Virus record (IMG/VR): IMGVR_UViG_3300018426_001942
Coordinates: 1 to 64,000 of that record
Source of the DNA: a virus
Direction: 5' to 3' (one strand)
DNA: 64,000 nt
The position numbers were made by a program, and so were the translations under genes. The stretch's first letter is position 1. Every line of letters starts with the position of its first letter. Below the pieces are notes generated by a model. That model saw only the letters and a list, made by a program, of their open reading frames with translations. It was not told the origin of the DNA and ran no database searches. This document shows, piece after piece, positions 18,901 to 27,482 of this stretch.

Positions 18901-20644
18901 TTTAGCAGGTGTTGAAGAAAGATATGATGGCATGTTCCCATACTTGTATACATCATCTGGTGTATTACCAGCAGAACAAGCAGATGTTACAATAGGTTAC
19001 ATAGATACAGCAATTGACACTAGTGTTGATGCTGCATCTTTAAGAACACAAATTGATGACCTAAACTTCAAGTATAAGACTTGGGTGCGTGATCATGTCG
19101 ATCCTAGATATTACAGTGTTTATGAATATAGAGTAGGTAGAACAAGATTCTCCGGAGACAGTTTAGACGGTACAACACGTAACAGTGTATACAGTGATAA
19201 CGTACTAGATAAAAAAGCCGGTGAGCTATTCTTAGGCACAGGCGTATCAGCACAAGAACAAACATCAGTTTGGGACATGGACTTTAGTAAGGTGACCATG
19301 CTTAAAGTTGAATTTAGTTGGTATGGTGCTGTTGGTGCATTGTTCTTAGCATATGTTCCAGTAGACAACGGCGAAGCACGTTGGGTAAGAGTACATCATT
19401 TACGTTGTTCAAACCAGTTGAAGATATCTTCACTAGGTAATGCTACACTTCCAATTACATATCTTGTTTACGGCGGAGGAAGTGAAAACAGATTTGGTGT
19501 TCCAAATGCTAATAGATTGCAAAACCCATATGGTAGTTACGCAGAAAGCCTCGTCAAGTATGGTGCTTCTTACTACATTGATGGTGGTGACCGCGGTACT
19601 GTAAGATTGTTTAACCACAGTTCGGAAACACCAACTGATGTATATGGTTCAAGATACAAACTAGGAGTTGATAGTACAAATGCTACAGATCCTGTTACAC
19701 CTATAATGACTGTAACAAATCTTGATCCTGATGCTACAGGAAACTCTGCACCCGCAATTAATACATTCTATATGAATGCAAGAGTAATAACAGGTAACTC
19801 ACAAGACCAAAACGTAAAAGTAATTTGGGTTGATGGTAATGACTTATATTTGAATAAACCAGTAAGTGCTGTTTCGACATTAAATGTAATCGTTGATAGA
19901 CCAGCATTACTATATGGTTTAAAAACCAAAGACGACATTACATCAGGTAACGGTGACGCTGTTAGAAACAGAGTACAGGTATATCCAACAAGATTAAGTG
20001 CAGGAGCAGACGGAACTGTAAATGCTAAAATGACATTGCTCAAAACACCTAAGTTCCAAACAGCAATAGGAACCACTGGAAGTTTTGCGTTAAATGCATC
20101 TGTAGACTTAAACAGCTCGTACTTACTATCAACTACTGATACAGACTATCTATCACAAAATGGAGACTTCTTATATGGTTACTTCCGTGCAAGTTTAAAT
20201 GGTAGTGAAACTTTGATTAGTGTATTAGGAAGATTAGAAAAAAGCAATGACAACTACTACTTCTATCCAACAGAGATATATAATGGAACATTAGAAGTTG
20301 CATCAGGTGCAACATTCTTGAAAGAAGGAGTATTTGATCCACAAGGTAATAGTTTGACTTCAAGCGAAACTACTTTTGAAAAGGAACGTTTAAGCTCAGT
20401 AGAAGTTGCTCTAAGAGCGCAGACTCCAATACCTGGATCAGGTACTGAATTAGCAAGTTATTACATTGCACCAGGTGCTGAAGAATTTGACCTAGCAACA
20501 TATTTTGACTACAACAAGGAATACATAAGTTATCCATTGACTGACCAGTTAGAAACATTGTTCTTAGCAACATTCAGTAACAACACTAATTCTACTAGTC
20601 CACAGGTTTCATTAAGTGCCAGCTTGACATGGGAGGAACAATAA
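15905..20644 (+). CDS. Large virion protein with four inserted phycobiliprotein-like repeats; paralogue of 20648 ORF
   Basis: Shares RYQPG, F.WYGA.GA, KYGAS.YIDGGD blocks with next ORF; four KCxRD repeats. Confidence 0.7.
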   Translation: MSSLNNINNNASVVNVGRTTPVTPGAQPAANSIPVVVATDQTAIPVVEQNKIQSEVALSLLGIPRSEVALGIFADVNTYDVNPSEWSSEPAEYSQVPNTASQYSGIGGVQDWGILHLPEESGAMVTAPADETSVLTSKRFFRYQPGRVSAATFGIKSSFASGNVVGAGQRPPTRNPDVKKYGIFDKFDGYYWETRDTGQGDQFAVVRRTQSIIRKNPLEFGNSAGQQLEDHALGGKAPGQPASTYNQYPTATKYLTANKFDLIDGSVLSNSAVKCQRDLGYFLEAIGTDITLGTNYGSTFQGLAESNSNEYPLPTSVTDAINSSQTEVKSLAGVDNTADAAVDTWYNNLRAIAVDPATRVDYASATQAEQIAFLKAVTFTNPTSGGSASREAVKDQLVANRDFIAAEINAWVADQYPSASHNVNKCTRDVLFVLNAVSYDILYGGNSATYDAGRFFFYDGFSKSDQTANYITQTVAAYGRLADIIDDIVKDVTIVKTTGNSETQVTGNGVANQTEADLAVTYTNVIKDVISEGDILLSLPVTRTVPDTSWGAASMTAAQAAITAATQTIVETVAPVTFTGDDLKCKRDLEFALDAYINDLRWGGDGHIIANAATYNTALLTDAEREGETHYYFRNKLREKLAEIGELDARTKIGNLAKFQIQAVTANGSGAYPAQQGPDGTTGFITNAQIASATYGQRSKIETIFSVYALYYGYLVSESLTYDTATHLPDGADPNDFLNVLKFKCIRDVKYVVNGYASDLQFGGNAATAYNAFKYYSDGALKVYSQTNGGVVAEINRHTFLKDLLTATGTVDVTRSDSQNVAIPSLATRFALTTEQTDKLNTLANIIINNFTTQYAGSVDYGTAGQFGDLVILRDGLIMVHAAAYDPTLLKPRLKTPAQIDTTNNTFTLAEGSVIIGQYVNYYGDCPELVDGKTYWVSEVKGPKGNVITLMDPAVADFDQFDVTPSNNTPITLTGAGTEHYIETPVPFIFPDAYNQSFGLAGVEERYDGMFPYLYTSSGVLPAEQADVTIGYIDTAIDTSVDAASLRTQIDDLNFKYKTWVRDHVDPRYYSVYEYRVGRTRFSGDSLDGTTRNSVYSDNVLDKKAGELFLGTGVSAQEQTSVWDMDFSKVTMLKVEFSWYGAVGALFLAYVPVDNGEARWVRVHHLRCSNQLKISSLGNATLPITYLVYGGGSENRFGVPNANRLQNPYGSYAESLVKYGASYYIDGGDRGTVRLFNHSSETPTDVYGSRYKLGVDSTNATDPVTPIMTVTNLDPDATGNSAPAINTFYMNARVITGNSQDQNVKVIWVDGNDLYLNKPVSAVSTLNVIVDRPALLYGLKTKDDITSGNGDAVRNRVQVYPTRLSAGADGTVNAKMTLLKTPKFQTAIGTTGSFALNASVDLNSSYLLSTTDTDYLSQNGDFLYGYFRASLNGSETLISVLGRLEKSNDNYYFYPTEIYNGTLEVASGATFLKEGVFDPQGNSLTSSETTFEKERLSSVEVALRAQTPIPGSGTELASYYIAPGAEEFDLATYFDYNKEYISYPLTDQLETLFLATFSNNTNSTSPQVSLSASLTWEEQ

Positions 20645-20647
20645 TAA

Positions 20648-23600
20648 ATGCCTCAGATAAAAATAGGATTCGACAGAATACCTATACCTACTTCAAAGTC
20701 ATTTGTACCTCTTTATGATATTGTAAAAGGGGTACCACTACGAGATTCAAACGGGCAAATAATTGTTACCGAAGATGAAGGTCCAGTAGAAGCTCTATCT
20801 AAAGCAGAAAACAGTACAAGTGTAGTTATTAATAATGCTGTAGTAGATAATACACAACTTTCTATAGAAGAACAATTTGCCGAAACTTCGCAAGTTAGTA
20901 CGACACTACTAGGCATACCTAGAGCTGAAGTACAATTAAGTTTGTTTTCTGATGTTAGTACATACGGTCTTAATCCTGAAGAATGGGAATTTTTTCAGTA
21001 TAATGGAGTATTTGGTCGTCCTGATGGATGGTATCGTAGACGTAATAGAGTTTATGGTGATCATTTTTATACAAGACTAGTTGAAGAAACAAACGAGCAA
21101 GCATTAGTTGTAGAAAGTTTTCCAGTAGCATTTACTTTTCCACCAGGCCCAAATTACATTAATGGCGGATACAACGAGGCTGTATTTAATAGATACTTAC
21201 AATTTATTAATCTTGGTAACGATATGTATAATTTATATATTGGTACCAATGAACAATTTGCAGAAGAAAACTTTTTAAATCCTGCTATATGCTTTGTACA
21301 AGATGGCGATGTAGAATATCCTGATGATGAACAATTAGGCTATGATTTAATTGAAAATTGGTGTCAAGCATGGATGAACATGCGAGATGGATTGCTTATT
21401 GATCCTAATACTAATACCCCAATTAAATTTCCTGTAGGATATGATGCTACAAATACTAGACCAGGACAAACAGATAATATACAATACTTTGGCTTACTAC
21501 AAAGTAAAAAAGCATATAGATATCAGCCTGGACGTATATCAGGATACACTTTTGGTTTTAGAGCAAGCCGAGACGAAGCAAGTATAGACAACATCATTGA
21601 GTGGGGTATCGGAAATCCTACAGATGAATATGTATTTCAGATTAGAGGTCCACAGTTTAATATCGTAAGACGTAGTACAGTTAGATTGCCAAATGAAGTT
21701 CTACAAAGAATGGGCATGAATGAAAACAATCAACAAGTAGTTTCTAGTAGAGAACCTTTCGTAGAAGATGAATTTTATGAACTAGTAATTACTAGAGATT
21801 TTTTCAACGGCGATGCGTTAGATGGTAATGGTCGATCAGGTTACTTACTCGACCCAACCAAAGTTACTATGTACAAAATTGAGTTTGGTTGGTATGGTGC
21901 TATTGGTGCTAAGTTCTATGCTTATATTCCAACAGACACAGGTGATGCACGTTGGGTGCTTATGCATACACTAACAATTGAAAACCAATTAGGCGAGCCT
22001 TGTTTACAAGACCCATATTTTAAATTTAGATATCTACAAGATATTAGAAACACAAGTAACATTAGAGAACCACAGTACCTTTACAAATATGGTGCTTCGT
22101 GCTATATAGACGGTGGCGATAATAGTGCAGGAAAATATTACAGTTATACTAGTGATGACAAAACTGTAAATAATGCAAGACAAACATCTATTGCGGGGAT
22201 TTATCCAAAGCGTACAATTAAAAATAGTGACGGTGTAGAAAAGCCTAATAAGAAAAATGTTTTTCCAGTGGATTTGAAAATAGATTGTGATCAACTATCG
22301 GAAGTGCAATTGGTTGAAATTAACGGGTGCCCAGCATTTGGGCATCACTATGCACCTAGTTTACATGCTACACAGAATGGTATAGTTAGAAGTGTTAATA
22401 TTAATGGTGCAGGTAGTGAAATAACAATTAATCCACAACCAACTGTAAACATTGCAAATATAAGCCAAGCAAATCCAGGAATTGTTACTACAGATACAGA
22501 TCATGGATTCTTTATTGGACAAAAAGTTACATTAGAAAATGTAGTTGGTATGACAGAAGTTAATTTTCAAGAGTATTACATAGATGTTTTATCTGCGACA
22601 CAGTTTGCATTATATTCAGATGCTGACTATTCAAATGCTGTTGACACGTCTGGATTTACAGCATATGCAAGTGGCGGAACAGCAGACGGCAATCCTATTT
22701 TTAGAACACGTGACGACGACAGTAAATTAATTGTTCCTGGTATTAACAGTTGTTATGCGGCTATTACAAGTGAATCAACAGCAAATATTGAACGAATTGG
22801 ATTTGACGCTCTGTACGAGAAAAGTTCTACAGGAACTATCGATCCGCAAGTTTTACTAAATGGTGTAGTTACTGATTTAGCAAGTGTACCAGTTGACGCT
22901 GTTAGATTTACAAGTTACTATGATCATATTGCTGGTTCAACATATCCAATTACAGGTGACGGATTTGAATGTAATTATTTAAACCCTGTAACTACAGAAG
23001 GCACACAGTTTTGTGAATTCTTAATTGGAGTGACAGAAAACAAACCTATAATTTCTACTAGAACAAATGCATTAGGTAATCCAGTTAATGAAGTTAAGTT
23101 TTTAGCAAAGGATGGTATAACAGAAATAGAGCCAGACCTAGCAAACATATTGCATGCAGAGTTCACACATAGTTCACTCTATAGAGATAGAGACGGTTTT
23201 GAAGAAAGAGAAGGCGATGCACCCTTAGGCATTAGGTTTGATATTGATTATAGATTACCAAGACCAGAAGGTACAGATAGCGGAATATGTAGCGGTATAG
23301 ATGTAAAGATAGAAGATAGATTAGAATTTAGTGTTACATATGCAAGTGCTGATCCAGTATCAGGACTTCCTTCAGACATAATAATATTTGATCAAGAGCC
23401 GAGTGAAATAATAAACGGCTTTTCGCTAGTAGGTGGTGAGTTTGGAGAATCAGGCGTAGCAAGCGGAATTAGATTTACATCAGAATTAAAGAGTTATATT
23501 GATAACGAAGATGTTGAAAAATATTATATAGATATAGACGGTGCTCCAAACAACGGAGCATTTACATTGCAACTAAGTCCTATAAGACTTACTGATAGAC

Positions 23601-24091
23601 TGATAACAGGTAACCCAGAAAAATCAGTTAACAAAGTGCAAATTTTTAGTTTCCAGCCAAAACCTTTGTACTTGGTAGTATTCATGCGTGACAATGCTAG
23701 AATGAATAATATTACTATTACTGAAAACATTAACGGAACTACTAGAGCATTTTGTCCTGAATGGATAACCGATTCAGGTGTTGATGTTGTATTCTCAGGA
23801 GGATCAAGTGCAGGTGTTCCTGCTGCAAACTATCTTCCAAAAGAAAGACTAGCAAGTACTAGTGTTGATGTTCAAAATTCACAACCTTTAAGACCTGGTA
23901 AACTTAAAGACACATTGTATGTTTCACCAAACAGGAATAATACTGTTGACTTAGGAAGCGTTTATGGTCCAGATAGGACTGTAATATCTCCGGGAATATT
24001 AAATACAACAGCAACATTTGTTACGGCAAGAAGTCTTATAAACAATGATGTTAACTTAGTTAGCGCAAGTATTACAACGAAGGAAGATTAA
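20648..24091 (+). CDS. Large virion protein, paralogue of 15905 ORF, with E1-FCCH-like beta domain
   Basis: Shared blocks as above; ISQANPGIVTT..HG...GQKV...VVGMTEVN motif. Confidence 0.7.
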   Translation: MPQIKIGFDRIPIPTSKSFVPLYDIVKGVPLRDSNGQIIVTEDEGPVEALSKAENSTSVVINNAVVDNTQLSIEEQFAETSQVSTTLLGIPRAEVQLSLFSDVSTYGLNPEEWEFFQYNGVFGRPDGWYRRRNRVYGDHFYTRLVEETNEQALVVESFPVAFTFPPGPNYINGGYNEAVFNRYLQFINLGNDMYNLYIGTNEQFAEENFLNPAICFVQDGDVEYPDDEQLGYDLIENWCQAWMNMRDGLLIDPNTNTPIKFPVGYDATNTRPGQTDNIQYFGLLQSKKAYRYQPGRISGYTFGFRASRDEASIDNIIEWGIGNPTDEYVFQIRGPQFNIVRRSTVRLPNEVLQRMGMNENNQQVVSSREPFVEDEFYELVITRDFFNGDALDGNGRSGYLLDPTKVTMYKIEFGWYGAIGAKFYAYIPTDTGDARWVLMHTLTIENQLGEPCLQDPYFKFRYLQDIRNTSNIREPQYLYKYGASCYIDGGDNSAGKYYSYTSDDKTVNNARQTSIAGIYPKRTIKNSDGVEKPNKKNVFPVDLKIDCDQLSEVQLVEINGCPAFGHHYAPSLHATQNGIVRSVNINGAGSEITINPQPTVNIANISQANPGIVTTDTDHGFFIGQKVTLENVVGMTEVNFQEYYIDVLSATQFALYSDADYSNAVDTSGFTAYASGGTADGNPIFRTRDDDSKLIVPGINSCYAAITSESTANIERIGFDALYEKSSTGTIDPQVLLNGVVTDLASVPVDAVRFTSYYDHIAGSTYPITGDGFECNYLNPVTTEGTQFCEFLIGVTENKPIISTRTNALGNPVNEVKFLAKDGITEIEPDLANILHAEFTHSSLYRDRDGFEEREGDAPLGIRFDIDYRLPRPEGTDSGICSGIDVKIEDRLEFSVTYASADPVSGLPSDIIIFDQEPSEIINGFSLVGGEFGESGVASGIRFTSELKSYIDNEDVEKYYIDIDGAPNNGAFTLQLSPIRLTDRLITGNPEKSVNKVQIFSFQPKPLYLVVFMRDNARMNNITITENINGTTRAFCPEWITDSGVDVVFSGGSSAGVPAANYLPKERLASTSVDVQNSQPLRPGKLKDTLYVSPNRNNTVDLGSVYGPDRTVISPGILNTTATFVTARSLINNDVNLVSASITTKED

Positions 24092-26476
24092 ATGGCGGAA
24101 ATAAAATTCGGTCTAAACGTAAACAGAAGTCTTGCAGATGTTGCAGATCCTTTAGCGGCTTTAGCTAACATTGGCATCGATATTAACGACCTTGATGTTA
24201 TACGAGGAGCAGCTGGCGATTTAGGTATTACAGCAGATGATGTAAAAGCTCTAAGTGGGCTTAATGTTCCTGTCCAAACATATCTAGTAAAACTTTATCA
24301 AGATACTTTACAATATAGTGCAATCATTGATGAAACAGCAGGCACCTCTGAATCACTAAAAGGAAATCTAACTGTAAATGGTGTATTAGGTGCAGGTGCA
24401 ATTAAGTATCAATACGTAGACGATGATAATTCTACTTTAAAGTTTGCTGATATAAGCACAAGCCGTGTAAGTAGTTGGAGTAGTACAGACAGCCCTGCAA
24501 CAGATACTAGTCCAATTTTTTATGGTAGTCAAATAGAAGTTGATGGTGCTGTTGAAACACAAACATTAGAAATACTTAAACCAGCAGACCTTGTTAGATT
24601 TAGAAGTTCCGAAGTACCTACTCATAAAATACAAGCAACTATAAATGGCCAGACAGTTTATCTGTATGCTATGAAAGGAATACCTTTAATATTTGAAGGA
24701 TTTTTCCGTAATTTAGATAGTGACTTGAGACTTGTTACAGCAGGCGCGGTTAGTTGGAGAATAGTTAATAATCAGTTTGACTACCTAACAAAGGAGTATG
24801 AAAATGTTGGAGGCTCTAATACTACTAGAAGTTTCTTAAGATACAGAGATACAGGGGCGGCATCTAAAAACATAGAAATTTATCATAACCCAAATAATAT
24901 TTTAACACTACCTTTATCAGGAGTAGGAATAAGTGAATTACCTGCTGCACAACTAGAAAATTGTCAAAATTTATATCTAAATGGAAATGTTATAAAAACG
25001 TTTCCAGATTTTAATACTTTTGTGCCCGATTGCAGATTATTAGATGTGCGTGAAAATAATTTCACACTAGGTGACGAACCTAATTTACGTAAATTTAATA
25101 ATGATGTATTAGCACGTATACCAAACACTGTTAGAGAGATTAGATTTGGTAATACTTTTAACGGAAGTATTACAGCAGACTTAACAACACTAACAAATTT
25201 GCTTACATTAAATCTAAACGGACACAGCAGAGGTGGTGCATTTAATTATTTTGATCAAGATGCAGACGATCCAACTGGTTCAACTCCCGAAGTAGCAAAT
25301 ACAGTTCAAAACTATTACATGTACAGAAACAGTTTTAATACTGTTCCGCAAAGTGTAAAAGACTTGCCTGACCTTAGACAGATTAATTTATATAGCAATA
25401 GTATATACGATAATAACTTCCAAATATTAAGTCCTGTAATCAACTATGTAAACATAGGTGGTAACCCGGGTATAAACGTTCCTAACTTAGCCAATAAAAA
25501 TTCAATGGATTTATTTTATGCTCACTATAATAGTGGTAGTGGAATAGCACCAGATTCTAATTTGTTTACTACAACGAGCGGAAGTTATAAGTTTGCTAAC
25601 TGTGGTAACTTAAGATTAATATATGCATACTCAAGCGGCTATTACGGACCTATACCTAAATTTGCAGGTAACAGTAGACTTTACTATGTACAAGCTCAGT
25701 ATACAAGACTAAGAGGCGGGCGATCTGACACAGAACAAGACTACGTTTTGTATGACGATGTGTTTGACGACTGTGCAAGTGCAATGCGTTACTTCCATGT
25801 AGCAAGTAGTAGTTTGTTAAATGCTCCTATGCACCCTGATTGTTTTGAAAAACCAACAGGCATGATAGGTATCGTATTTAGATCGTTTAATGCAGGTGTA
25901 AGCGGAGCATTTCCTAGTTTAAATACAATGCAGAACCTACGTTATATCGTAATGTTACAAAATAACTTTACAGGTCCTTTGCCTAATTTCTTTAATAATC
26001 CACTATTATACTATTGTCACTTATATGGAAATAGTTTTAGTGGTGCTATTCCGGTTATACAAAGCAATGCATTACAATACTACTATGTACACAGCAATCA
26101 ATTAACATCATTTAACGGACTTGAAACACCTAATCTTAGACGTTTGTTTATCAGTTACAATCAAATAACTGGCGCTGTTCCAGATATGAATAATCTTACA
26201 TTATGTTACGACTTCTATCTAAACAACAACAACTTTACAGATTATGTAGCAGGTGCATTAGTAAGTTGCAGATCTTTATATAGATTTGATATAAGTAACA
26301 ATCCTAACTTACCAACTGGAGCGGTAAATAATATTGTTGCAGATCTAGTTGCTAACTATGAAGCGAATCCTCGTAGTGGTATAAGCATTAACCTTGCTAA
26401 TACCTCAACACCAACAGGTGACGCTGTAGAACAAATTGAGTACCTTAGATCTAAAGGGTGGAATATGAGGTTATAA
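24092..26476 (+). CDS. Leucine-rich-repeat virion/fibre protein
   Basis: LxxLxLxxNxFxGxxP repeats (LRYIVMLQNNFTGPLP, LYYCHLYGNSFSGAIP, LRRLFISYNQITGAVP). Confidence 0.8.
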   Translation: MAEIKFGLNVNRSLADVADPLAALANIGIDINDLDVIRGAAGDLGITADDVKALSGLNVPVQTYLVKLYQDTLQYSAIIDETAGTSESLKGNLTVNGVLGAGAIKYQYVDDDNSTLKFADISTSRVSSWSSTDSPATDTSPIFYGSQIEVDGAVETQTLEILKPADLVRFRSSEVPTHKIQATINGQTVYLYAMKGIPLIFEGFFRNLDSDLRLVTAGAVSWRIVNNQFDYLTKEYENVGGSNTTRSFLRYRDTGAASKNIEIYHNPNNILTLPLSGVGISELPAAQLENCQNLYLNGNVIKTFPDFNTFVPDCRLLDVRENNFTLGDEPNLRKFNNDVLARIPNTVREIRFGNTFNGSITADLTTLTNLLTLNLNGHSRGGAFNYFDQDADDPTGSTPEVANTVQNYYMYRNSFNTVPQSVKDLPDLRQINLYSNSIYDNNFQILSPVINYVNIGGNPGINVPNLANKNSMDLFYAHYNSGSGIAPDSNLFTTTSGSYKFANCGNLRLIYAYSSGYYGPIPKFAGNSRLYYVQAQYTRLRGGRSDTEQDYVLYDDVFDDCASAMRYFHVASSSLLNAPMHPDCFEKPTGMIGIVFRSFNAGVSGAFPSLNTMQNLRYIVMLQNNFTGPLPNFFNNPLLYYCHLYGNSFSGAIPVIQSNALQYYYVHSNQLTSFNGLETPNLRRLFISYNQITGAVPDMNNLTLCYDFYLNNNNFTDYVAGALVSCRSLYRFDISNNPNLPTGAVNNIVADLVANYEANPRSGISINLANTSTPTGDAVEQIEYLRSKGWNMRL

Positions 26477-26477
26477 A

Positions 26478-27482
26478 ATGGCAGGAAGTAGTATACAAGG
26501 ATTTTTACAATCCGCTAACTTATTAGAAAACACACAGGACAGACAGTTACTTAATAACCTTGCTGAAGCACCTATTGCAGACGATATAAGTTTGTTTATT
26601 AACAATAACCAAAACGTTAGTGTTTTAGAAATAGACGCATTAGAATACAATTTTATTACAGGATTAGTTACACTAGTAAACGACACTCCTGCAAAAAATG
26701 CGGCTAGGAGTGCTGTTTTTACAAATGGTGACCCTATAAAAATTCTAGATGTAAACGATAATGTATTAAAAGACGATCTCTACGCAGCAGATAGTGATGG
26801 TGAAAAAACTTTTGGGTTTGCAACTGATGTTGAGTTAGAAGAACAATATACTTTTGCACCACCTAGTGCTGGGTTTAAAGTTGTTAGATCAGACGCCGTT
26901 GTATTATCAAACTTAACATACTTAGGTGCTGTTGAAGACACAGCAGGATTTAGTAGTGGTCTTTCAACAGGTAGCGAAAATCCGGAAGGAGCGGGTGGTA
27001 TTGAACCTGAAGACACGTATGCAAATCAATTTCTAGAAATTTATCAATACCTTGACATTGCAAAGTATCAAGCAAACAAAAAATTTGTTGAAGATAGAGA
27101 TGTAGCCACAGATGATGATTTTAAAATGGAGGGTACATTTAGTATCGAAGATCCTTCAGATATGATTGTTACAGAAGGCGTAATAACATCTAGTCCAGGC
27201 CTTTACATAACAAATCCATCAAGCCCTGTTACAAATATACAGCGTATTAGAGCATTTAGTGATACGTCTAATCCTTGGGAAGTTACAGGCACTGGTGTTA
27301 ATACTAAGTTAACAACTAACGCCGTTTCTGCACAAACCGGTGATCTTAAATTAAACAATGGTATATTAGTTGACGGTGTTACACCTATAACAGAAAGTGG
27401 AACTGTAAACAATACAACTTTTACACATAAAGCAAAAGTAAAGATTGATGGTATTGACTACTATTTGTGTTTAACTAGTTGA
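26478..27482 (+). CDS. Putative fibre/adaptor virion protein
   Basis: Terminal motifs shared with neighbours (FTHKAKVKIDGIDYYL). Confidence 0.6.
   Translation: MAGSSIQGFLQSANLLENTQDRQLLNNLAEAPIADDISLFINNNQNVSVLEIDALEYNFITGLVTLVNDTPAKNAARSAVFTNGDPIKILDVNDNVLKDDLYAADSDGEKTFGFATDVELEEQYTFAPPSAGFKVVRSDAVVLSNLTYLGAVEDTAGFSSGLSTGSENPEGAGGIEPEDTYANQFLEIYQYLDIAKYQANKKFVEDRDVATDDDFKMEGTFSIEDPSDMIVTEGVITSSPGLYITNPSSPVTNIQRIRAFSDTSNPWEVTGTGVNTKLTTNAVSAQTGDLKLNNGILVDGVTPITESGTVNNTTFTHKAKVKIDGIDYYLCLTS

Noticed and set aside
24092-26476. Possible diversity-generating retroelement target (Asn/Tyr-rich LRR)
   Set aside because: No reverse transcriptase and no template/variable repeat pair seen in this window
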